A stretch of DNA of 64,000 bases, taken from contig CDMY01000013.1 of assembly GCA_001179505.1 (NCBI GenBank), forward strand, positions 124,001-188,000. The letters run 5' to 3'. The position numbers were made by a program, and so were the translations under genes. Below the pieces are notes generated by a model. The model had not been told where the DNA came from, searched no databases, and saw only the letters and a list, made by a program, of their open reading frames with translations. The DNA is from Vitrella brassicaformis CCMP3155. Lineage: Eukaryota; Protista; Chromerida. This document shows positions 13,401-23,554 of the stretch, one piece after another (the first letter of the stretch is position 1; every line of letters starts with the position of its first letter).

Positions 13401-15562
13401 TGGAAACGGGTCAGTCAGGCAGGCAGGGCAAAGCAAATCAGGTAGGATGGTGTTTATGAGTACCAAAACGAAGCTGAGGGCACTCAAAAAGACGAACCGC
13501 CAGCCAGTCACCATCCATCCATCCTCTCCTTTCAGTCCACTCCACCTGCACATAACATACATACATACATACGCGGACGGACACACCAATCAATGCACTC
13601 ACTGCACTCATGGCATGGATGCTATGCATCATCCATCCACCAACCGTCCCAGCCACAGTAAGCAATCCAAGCTCTCTCTCTCTCTCTCCCCTCTACACCC
13701 ATACATACACCCATTTACCCGATCAGCCACCCCACCCACCCCTTACTTGTTCAACAAACCAAGCCGGCCGGCCAGCCAAAAACAGCGGACGGACCCGGCC
13801 CAGCCAGACCCCCTCCCTCCCTCGCCCTTTCCAACCAAAACAATTCGTTTTCCGCTCTCTCTTCAATCAACATACATACGTTGACATACACACATAACGA
13901 ACGTACAGAGAGACAGACAACACACCTCTCTCTCTCTCGCAATTCATAGATCTCTCTCGCCATGCCATGCCATGCACACGTGCATCATCACAACACGACT
14001 TGCGCCACTTACTCTGTCGGCAAGGGTTTTGCCCGCCCGCCCGCCCGCTGTCTGCCACCGGGTGTGTGTGTTTTCTCAGTCAGTCCGCTAGCTCATGGAC
14101 ACTGCCTCAGATCGGGTGAGGAGTGCACGACAAGACAGGCACGACAACCAGTCCACACCCAGCCAAGCCAGCCAAGCCAAACGCACCAGTGCCTTTCGAC
14201 TGGTCAGCCCAGCCTGGCGTGGATGGACACTTGTGCACGACGAGAAAATTCACGCACGCGTAGGCAGGTCGGTCGGTCGGTAGGCCGGGTAGGCAGGCGG
14301 GCGGACAGACGGACAAGGCTGGGAATGTGCTTGCNNNNNNNNNNNNNNNNNNNNNNNNNNNNNNNNNNNNNNNNNNNNNNNNNNNNNNNNNNNNNNNNNN
14401 NNNNNNNNNNNNNNNNNNNNNNNNNNNNNNNNNNNNNNNNNNNNNNNNNNNNNNNNNNNNNNNNNNNNNNNNNNNNNNNNNNNNNNNNNNNNNNNNNNNN
14501 NNNNNNNNNNNNNNNNNNNNNNNNNNNNNNNNNNNNNNNNNNNNNNNNNNNNNNNNNNNNNNNNNNNNNNNNNNNNNNNNNNNNNNNNNNNNNNNNNNNN
14601 NNNNNNNNNNNNNNNNNNNNNNNNNNNNNNNNNNGGGGGGGGGGGGGGGGGGGGACGTATGTATGGTGTCACTCAATTGTATCTATCGTATGTGTATCCA
14701 ATCCGGTGTGTGTATGGTGTGGTACTGTATGGTGTGGTGGGCTCGGCTCGGCTCGGCTCGGCTCATTGCCCCCCTCTGGCCATGTTCATGGCCGCGCGCC
14801 TCTTCAGAATGGTCGACTCCCACACAGATGACAACCTACATGACATGACATGCATCAATCAGCGCACAGCACACACAAAACACAACAGCAGACCAGACGC
14901 TCTGGTTCGTCTGTTTGTATCCTCCCGTCCCTCCCTCTCTCCCTCCCGCCCTCTCGCGTGTCATACGTACGTGATGTCCCTCCTCAGCGATGGCCGCAGC
15001 TCGGACATGCCGGGCAGGTAGGGCGTGTCGGGCTCGCTAACATCGCACCCGCCACTGCCGCCACCATACCCTCCCAGCACCAGCTCACCCCCGCCGCCGC
15101 CCATGCCCCCGTCGCACCCGTCCACCACACCAACGCGCGGCCCCTCGACGGCCGGTAGGTCGCCCGAGCAGACCGAGTTGGAGTTGACACGGTCGAGTGA
15201 GCAGGGCGTCTCCGGGAGGGAGGTGGAGAGCGTGGAGCGGTCGGCGGGCTGGCTCAGCATCGGCTGCGACGCGCCTGCGTCCTGCGTGCTGTTGAACTGA
15301 GAACCCGCACGAGTAGCCTCACCCTCCAACCCGCTGCAGAGGGTGCACCAACGCAACAAACAGCGCAAACAAACACTCGCGATAAACAAACCACCGCGGT
15401 GCTTTCACTCATCTCATTCTGTGCACGCGTCGCTGGCGGCTGACCAGGGAGAGAAGGGTAGGCTGTTCCGCTTGCACACGCATGCCTTGCCTAGGCCGCC
15501 GAAGGGGACCAGACTCTCCGCCTCATCTCCAGCACCAAGCGCACTCTGCGACGGCAACATGA
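10456..15562 (-). CDS. Hypothetical multi-exon gene, convergent with Dopey; structure uncertain and interrupted by a gap
   Basis: Two exons splice in frame: ~15298-14970 (FNSTQDAGASQPMLSQ...PGMSELRPSLRRDIT) and ~14836-14763 (LSSVWESTILKRRAAMNMARG). Further AG/GT-bounded candidates lie at ~13385-13355, 12976-12968, ~11722-11690 (VQWVVFFDASQP) and ~11160-11060 (SLPAFMMTVAVDRPLRVSEVCHDPLTEYGSIRR). Start, end and linkage of these exons are not established. Confidence 0.35.
14335..14634. other. Assembly gap (300 N) followed by poly-G
   Basis: N run, then about 20 G. Confidence 0.99.
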
Positions 15563-15950
15563 TGGGTGGGTGTTGCCCTCCTTGCGAAGGTACCGAGTAA
15601 TCAAGCCGACAATTCCCTAGCGTTCCTTCGTCACGACTGTGGTGTGGTGGTCCGTCTGCCGCCCCCACACACGAGCGATGGTTTGGATTACTTCACATTA
15701 GAAGCCGACGCCGCCGAGAGAGGGCAGGCGTCAGTGGGCGCCCGCCGCAGTCACAATGGCGCCTGCTGCACGCAAAAATAGCAGCGAAGCAGCGTCGTGA
15801 AGATCGGGAGAGGTCGGCTTTTGCAATTGGGCCTTTGAGCTCGCGGCAAAAGATTCTTGGGATTGCGTTATTTGCCCCCTATCAACATGCATTCATGTTT
15901 TCTCCCGCCCCAAGTTGAAGAATCCAGTCTGTCTGTCTGTCTGTGGACTG

Positions 15951-17567
15951 TCAGTGCTTGTATCCTGTCACGTTGGCGGAATCGAAGTAGTTGGCGTTCT
16001 CCCTTGCCATGGCCTCCCTGTGCCGCGCCACCTCGGCCTCACCCATCAGCTCATCAGGCCTCACCTAAACGCATCATGACATGCAGCCAGGCAGGCAACA
16101 GATCCATCCATCCATTCATTGGAGAGGAGAGATGGCCGACTGATTCGATGAATGAATGAATGGATTGGGTGCGTGTGCTGTCTGTCTTACGTCAAGGTCA
16201 AAGTTGCCTTCCTCCGGCGCGTACACACCTCTGCACAGCGTGATGCTCTCGCGAACCCTGAACAGATCCCATGCGGACAGCCAGTGAAAACATACGTGCA
16301 GTGAGTGCAGTGTGTCATAGAGAGAGGATCCATCAATCGGTCGTTGAGAGCGACTCACTCACTTGCGTTGTGTGGTGAGGGCGACACGTTTGCTGATGAA
16401 TCGGATCGTGTACCCTGGCAGTGCAGTGCAAGCAGCAAAGGAAGGCACAGACACACATGGGACGGCCACACGCAGATAGATGGACGGACACTCACGCTTG
16501 ACGTGTGTGTCTGCTCTGTCTGCTTGGCCCCTCACCGACCGATTCGCCGGTCGTCTGTCTTGTTGGGTCCGCTCCGGTGGACCAGACGAAAATGGTGAAG
16601 CGACATCTCACCCGCCTTCAGCACCACATTCACAGCACTGCTCTCGTCCACAACGTTGGGGATTGTCTGGCCTGCAGACACACATACGGCACGGCACGGC
16701 ACCACTGTCTGTCTGTCTGTGTGCTGTCTCTCCGTGGTGCCGTGCATTCATTTTGGTGTATGGTTTGACCTCTGCTGAGCATGTTGTTGTGGTCGTTGGT
16801 CTCGACGTGCGGCAGTTGCTTGTGGTGTGTGCCGGGGATGTACTGCATACACCCGTTGGCCTCGTTCACATCCACAAGGGCAATCCAGGCCGTCAACACC
16901 TGCTCTAGACAGACAGACAACAGACAGATGGATCGACACACAGGACACAACACACATTCGCACCCCACTCACTATGTGAACCCCGCCCTCCCCCTTATGG
17001 ACACACATCGTCTGACGGCTCCAGGCCGGCGTAGGTGCTGTCTTGATGCCACGAGAAGAAAGAGTCTGTGTGCGGCTCCTGACCAAACAGGCAGATCGAC
17101 TTGTACTCTGTGTGATTGCGTGTGAATGAATGAGTGTGTCGCCTTCCTCTTGCGCACCTTGATGTTGAATTCTGATGACCACGCCAGAACATCAGGCCCC
17201 AGGACGGCCTCGACGGCGTCCAACACCTGCAGACACAAAGGCCGCCTGCACCCGTCCGTCCCCCCAGCCCCCCCGCCCTCACCTCTGGCTTCATAACGAG
17301 ATCCCACAACCATGGTAGCAGCAGGTGAGGGCGGAATCGCATGTCCTTAGAGGCCTGCAGAGGGAGGGAGATCTCGCCGCCAGTCGATGGATGTGCAGAG
17401 ATGAATGAATGCAGTCGTGACTGCATGACTCAACTCACCTTGCCTCCTTCCAGCATGCCTTCCCATTGCTCCAGGTTGTGCCTGAGCGTGAACGCCTCCG
17501 CTGCACTGCATACGCGGATCGGGCAATAATAGCCCTGCTTCTTGAAGGCACTGGCGATGTGATGCAT
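15951..17567 (-). CDS. Phytanoyl-CoA dioxygenase (PhyH) family 2OG/Fe(II) oxygenase, ~8-9 exons
   Basis: Spliced: MHHIASAFKKQGYYCPIRVCSAAEA...RPHLLLPWLWDLVMKPE-VLDAVEAVLGPDVLAWSSEFNIK...FSWHQDSTYAGLEP...VLTAWIALVDVNEANGCMQYIPGTH...VVLKAGEMSLHHFRLVHRSGPNKTDDRRIG...NYFDSANVTGYKH*. The HxD iron ligands (HQD), distal His (VHRS) and 2OG-binding Arg are present. Confidence 0.88.
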
Positions 17568-17645
17568 GGCAAGGAAGTTCAAATTGGCTTCAAGCTCGCA
17601 AAAAAGCAAGGTCCCGATCGCTGGCCTTCCCAGTTCCTTTCCACG
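17568..17645. promoter_or_regulatory. Putative ultra-compact bidirectional promoter / overlapping 5' UTRs
   Basis: Only 78 nt separate the inferred PhyH ATG (17567, -) and KH-protein ATG (17646, +). Confidence 0.5.
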
Positions 17646-20573
17646 ATGCCTAGAGATTACGACGACCGCGATGATGATCGCAACGGGTGAGATGCCACCC
17701 CACAGACTTTGAGCAGAGAAGCCAAGAGCTCAGAGACTCGTGTCCGTCTCACGTGCGGTCTCCCTGCCTGCCTTTGCCTGTGTGTCTGTCCGTCTCTCTC
17801 TTTCTCAGTGAGCGTCTGTCCAAGGATGTGCAGTTCATCAACAACGGCGAGGCTGCCTTCCTCATCGGCAAGCAGGGCCGCACCAAGCGCAAACTCATGT
17901 ACGCCAGTGGCTCAGAGATAGAAATCCACGACCCAGACAAGGGCGGCGGCGAGAGCAGCAGAGGTCAGCAACGCACACCACAGCAACAAAGGACACAGAT
18001 GTCATTCCATGCTGGTGTCGTTCAGATCTGACGTTGGAGATTCGTGGCAAGCGCGAGGATCTGGAGCGGGCCAAGATGTACATCAAACTTGTCCTCACTC
18101 AGCGCCAAGGTGAGTGAGGTGACTGACCTCGATGGATGACCACGCGAATGTTTCGCACATACGCTCAATCTGATCTGGGCTTCGTCTGTCCACCTGTGCA
18201 GGTCCGGTGTATTTGGATTTTGACGAGATGGCCGAGCGTGACGACCTGACGCTGCTGGACGTACCGGCCGAGTGTGCGGGCTACGTCACGGGCGCCCGTG
18301 GTGTGGTGCTGCGGGCCATTGAGGACGAGTGGGGCACCATCATGCTCTTCGTGCGCAATATGGCCGAGAGGGACCTCGACACAGGCAGCAAACCCAGAGA
18401 GACACTCGCCATATTCGGCAAAGAGTGAGACAGGCACAAAGACACAGACGATAGACGACGGACGGCACGGTATGTATGTATGTATGTCGTGTGTGTGTGT
18501 ACTCAGTATGCGTGGTCGTCGCGGGAGTGAGTTGCGTGTGATGAGTGCGGTTGAGGAGAAGGTGGAGGGCTACTACTCGAGCAAGGCCACCGAGTACTTC
18601 TCGGACAGAGAGGGGTTCGACACCGGTAGGCATGCAGAGCTCATGGCATCCACAACCACACACGTGTTTATTACGCTGTGTGTGAGCGTGTGTTTCTGTG
18701 TGTGTGTGTGTGTGCAGACACGATGAAGATTCACTCGGACGACTACTCGTATGCGTTGGGGAAGCGCGGCAATACGAGGCGCAAACTGGCCAAGGCGTCA
18801 GGGTGCATCCTTGAGTACATTGGGGGTATCGCATACATGGCCGGTACACCACACACACTTGCTTACGCACACAGACGCTCAGCTCACACAGGAGAGGAGA
18901 TGTGTGTGTGTGTGTGTGTGTGATGTGTGTGTAGGTACCAAGAAGGAGCGTCGTCGCGTCAAGGACTATCTGGGTTGGCTGTGCGAGCAGCGCACCTCTC
19001 GGGTGATCGTCGATGTCAAAGGACGGTAACTACCACCACACGCAGGCACGACACGAAGACATAGAGAGACGTAGAGAGAAGGGGCACGCGAGAGCCTCTC
19101 CATCTGTCTGTGTGCGTGTCTGTGTGTATACCAGTGATGACGTGACGACGCTCAACGTTCCCCGTGACTGCATCTCGTACATCACGGGCCAGAAGGGCCG
19201 TTCGCTGCGGGAGGTCGAGGAGAAGACAGACACCTTCTGCTTCATGGACGGAGACTCGTAATCATCCACAATACCCTCCCTCCCATCTACCACACAGACA
19301 GACACATGGGAGGCACTTGTGTGTTGGTGTGCAGGACTGACCGCGACACGGAGCGTTTGTTGATCTTTGGTGTTGAGGAGGAGAAGCGCGACGACGCCCG
19401 GCGGATGATAGATGACCGCATCGACGACAAACTGAGCGGCCGGGCCAACCAGCGGGGATACGACAGGGGCTATGACGACCGCGACTATGGCAGATACGAT
19501 AACAGAGAGTACGCATGACACACACCACACCCCCAGACAGACAGACAGAAATGTGTATGCGTGCATGTCATGTCATGTGTGTTGTCTTGTCCATCAGCCG
19601 TCGCCGCGGTGGTCGCGATGACGACAGGTCGGTCTGTGGGCTCGGCAGCAGTGACTGACAGATGCGCACCGCACCCAAGTTGTTATTCATATCGGTGGGC
19701 ACTGCACTTGTGTGTGTGTGTCAGGTATCGCTCGCGATCCCGTTCTCCGCCCCCGTCGCGTTCCAAATACGATGACCGATACCATGACGAGTGAGCGAGG
19801 GCGGAGGGGGCTGCTGCGCACATACATGTCCGCTGCCTCTGCCCTCATCGGTCGGGGGCGTTTATGGTTTTCGTTGCACATGTGTTCGTAAATGAAGATA
19901 GACACACTTACACTTACGTACGCACACATATACGTCGGCACGTCACGTGGCTGTGTTCAGTGTCGGTTGTCGGTCATGGGTGTCGTGCCCTCACCAAAGG
20001 CATCCATCGTTTTGGGGGCAAGGCCAGCTGCCCGCTGTCTCTGCCCTGTGACGTGACCGCCATGAGCAAAGCCACTCTACCATCCCACCCACTACTCTGC
20101 TCTGTTATCTACGCTGCGCCATCGCCCCTGCCCTCCTTGCCTTGCTCGCTAGTTGATGGACGCCGTGCTGCCGTACACAATGCCTCAGTCCGTCGGTCGG
20201 TACTGCATCGACGCACCCCCCCATGTGCACTGCACACACTGACACTGACAATGGCAAACACCAGAGGCACGGCGGTAACGGGACGGGATGGATCGATGTG
20301 GGCTGGGCACCGGGTGGATATGCAATAGACAGACAGACAGACAGACATGTGTGTGCCATTGCGATATGTGTGCCTGCGTACGTGCTTGCAATCTATCGGG
20401 GTGGCTGCTTCATGCACACGATCGGCAGCCACATCCATCACACCTCTGCGTCTGTGTGTGTGTTGTGTGTGTGTGTGTTTTGATGCAGTTCCCCCCGCGG
20501 CCGCGGCCGGCGCAGCCCCTCGTACGACAGATACGACGACTACCAGCGCCGCGACCGCGACCACTACCGATGA
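17646..20573 (+). CDS. Multi-KH-domain RNA-binding protein (4 KH) with RD/RS-rich termini, ~12 exons
   Basis: Four GxxG KH loops: FLIGKQGRTK, YVTGARGVVL, YALGKRGNTR, YITGQKGRSL. N-terminus MPRDYDDRDDDR. C-terminus RYRSRSRSPPPSRSKYDDRYHD-DSPRGRGRRSPSYDRYDDYQRRDRDHYR* with last exon 20489-20573. Confidence 0.85.
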
Positions 20574-21123
20574 CCACGCCCACACACATACAGTCGCACG
20601 CAACAGGTCAGCAGCAGCTGTCTTTATGGATGCGAGCAACTTCCAGAGACAGTTCTCTTCATTACTGCTATGCAGAGAGTTTTGAAGGGTGGCTTGTGTC
20701 AGACAACTGCGAGACCGTAGTGGTAGAGAGAGCTGACAGATTGAGGCCGGAGGATGGAAAAAGGCAAGACGCAACCACAAGCGTTCATGCCGAAAGCGTG
20801 CGTGAGCTGCAGAGAGTGGCTGGCTGTGTGTTATGATCTGAGTGAGTCGTCTGGCTGGTAATTTGCCCTCTGCATGCGTGGACCCCCGTGGGCCGAGTGC
20901 GTCTGAGCGGAAGTGACTTTGGACTTGATGCAAATTCGACTCTTTGCCTTTCTGGCCGCAGAATAAGCGCAACAATTCTATCCACTGGCATATTCGGGCC
21001 ACAGGCGGTATGTCAGGGCATTTTTCATGTCTCTCTGGTGCTCGGTTGCTGGCAACAGACATCGTCGGGAGTAGGGAGCCGAGAGGGACGCTTGGAGGGC
21101 GAAACAGACAGCGATCGTGGAAG

Positions 21124-23157
21124 ATGCCCCCGAAGCGCGCAATGGGGGCCAATTTCTCTCCTCTCTTCCCTTCGCCGGGAAGGATGGTGTGCTCGTGCCT
21201 TGCCTTCCTGTGTCGGGGTGCACAGAGGACAACGCAGGTCATGGAGGTGAAACAACCGGGCAACACCCTGAGGGGCGAAACCATGGAGCTCGATGCCCCG
21301 GGTGACACAACAGCTGAGGCGGCGCCGATGAGTGCTGTGGTGCCCGTTGCAAAGCCCTTGCTCAGGAGCTACACCACGACATCAATGACAAGTTCGCCCT
21401 TGCGCCTCGTGCCGCCGGCCCCACGGCGTGGACGGCGGATCTATCCTGTGTGTGTTTGCAATGGCTGCAGTGCATCACGAGATGGCCGTCCACCAGCAGA
21501 TGTCGGACGGTGCCGGAAAGTTGTTCAGAAGCCTCAGCCGCAAAGGTGACAGACACGGCCGGCAGAGACACAAGAGACACAAGACAGCGCTCTGTGTGTG
21601 TGCGCGCGTGCGTCCGTCTCAGGTAGCACGGCGACGGGCGAGGCGGTGAAGAAGCTGTCATGCTTTGCGTTCGATCCGCTGACCTTGAGGCAGATTGAGG
21701 TCAGTCACCGCTGTCTGCACAGAATACCATACGCACCGAGACTCTCCTTCTCCCTTTTGCCTTCCTGCCTGCCTGATTGCAGTTGGAGATGGCGCCGGCA
21801 GTGAGGAAGAAGTGGATGGTCTTCTCTGTCAAAATTATCAAGTATGTAAGTAACGACTATAAGTAACTAACGACAATAAAGACCAATTCGCGGCAGACAA
21901 GTCACGGTGGTTGCCTGCAGGGTCGTCTTGAGCACGGACCAATACAGTCTCTATCTCATGGAGTGAGTGAGTGAGTGAGTGAGGGAGACATGCATGGCAC
22001 GGCATTGTGTGAGGGAGATGCGCTGCGCATGTCTGTCTGCCTGTGTGCACACATGCTACAGGAAGCCCACTGGATGGGTCTCAGGCTCAAGACCGACAAG
22101 GAGAAAGACAACCGGGACTTCGTCTTCCATAACATCGCCACAAAAGACAAGTAGGCATCCATACCGGGAGACACATTTTATTTGATGACGTACACCCATG
22201 ACCGCCTGCCTTTCTTGGAAGACAGCAGTGGTGCACAGAACCCCAATGTCGCCATCTGCTCAACCCTGAAAAGCGAAGTCTATGGCTGCACGACCCTGAC
22301 GGCCTCAGCGGCAGACTGGCTCGCCAATAATGAGCTCACTGAGGACGACCTGCCCAGCAAAGTCAAAGCTGTCAAGAGGAAGGCAGAGGAGCAGAGAAAC
22401 GAGGTCAATGTGTCCATTGCAGGTATGTAGGGCTGCAAGTGCGACGCATTCATTCATTGTGCGTATGGGTGCTGTGCTGTGCTGTGCTGTGCATGTGTGT
22501 GTCACATCTGTGCAGCTACCGATGAGGTGCAGTACTATGCGGACAGCACCAGCAGCCGCACATCCAGCACCGCCGGCCTGCCGCACCAGCCGACCCACAC
22601 CCGCCCTAGCAGCAACAGCAGGAGACAGCTGGTTGGTATGCACACGCAGACCACAGACGACCTCGGCAGCGCAATCGCCACACAGGCAACTGCTGGGCTG
22701 CTGGGCTGCTGGATGGATGGATGCCCTCTCTCTCTCTCTCCTTCGCTCCCCTTTTATCCGCCCCTCTGCAGATACGCAGGAGTCTCTCTCGCACGTCAAA
22801 CGGGGAAGCCGACGAGGGGGCACAGAGCGATGAGCCACCGTGCAACTTGAGCATCGATAGGGAGAGGGCAGAGACACCGGCGGCCCTCAAGTCGTCATTG
22901 AAGCAGCTGGAGAGGGGCTTGATTAAGAGGCCTTTTCTGCCGTGGGTGGATGACCCGCCCGAGTTTCCCAGGATGGCCGAATCGTCAGGCTTCAAACGGG
23001 TCTTCAACACCTCTGACACAAGTAAGGGTGTGGTGCGTGCGTGTTTGCTCATGTAGGTAGGAGATGTCTGGCCCCCAACATTTGTGTGTGTGGGTGGATG
23101 TATGTATGTGGTTATGCAGGCGAGGTGAAGAAGCAGGCGCAGTCTGCCCCCGCCTGA
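21124..23157 (+). CDS. Hypothetical protein, multi-exon; 5' end uncertain
   Basis: Consecutive exons keep frame: STATGEAVKKLSCFAFDPLTLRQIE-LEMAPAVRKKWMVFSVKIIK-VVLSTDQYSLYLME-LKTDKEKDNRDFVFHNIATKD-SGAQNPNVAICSTLKSEVYG...KQLERGLIKRPFLPWVDDPPEFP...EVKKQAQSAPA*. Family not recognised. Confidence 0.55.
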
Positions 23158-23554
23158 CGGAGAGGCAGCACCAACGCCGCAAAACAACAGCACTGAAAGA
23201 CAGACAGACAGACAGACCTACTTGGCTGGACTGGACGTGTGTATGGGTGTGCGCCGCTCTGCACTGGTGCGTAGCAATCAGAATGTACAGCGTGCAGTAG
23301 ACGGGTTTTAAAGGGGATGCAGCGTCGGGCATGTATGGCCTGCAGGTAGATCGACGGAGAGGCAGGCAACCGTGGAAGGTACATACCATTTGCTTTGCTG
23401 CGTAGAACAGAGTAGCCAGACTGCGTGTGTTGTGTGAGAGATACAATGTGGGGTGATCACATTTATTCACGTCTGTCTGTGTCCGATCGATCAAGTTAAC
23501 CAAGCCAGCCAGGGTCTACTTCATTCATCGCTCATCCAGCCGGCATGCACACAG

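Noticed and set aside
20109-21308. 399-aa minus-strand ORF, and similar long ORFs such as 27591-28565 (+), 45720-46418 (-) and 47368-48069 (-)
   Set aside because: They are antisense shadows of GC-rich exons or run through microsatellite introns (HTHT/CVCV translations); no domain signal.
21640-21960. HORMA-like similarity (AVRKKWM versus ALxKKYL) in the orphan gene
   Set aside because: Only a few residues match and the flanking HORMA motifs are absent.
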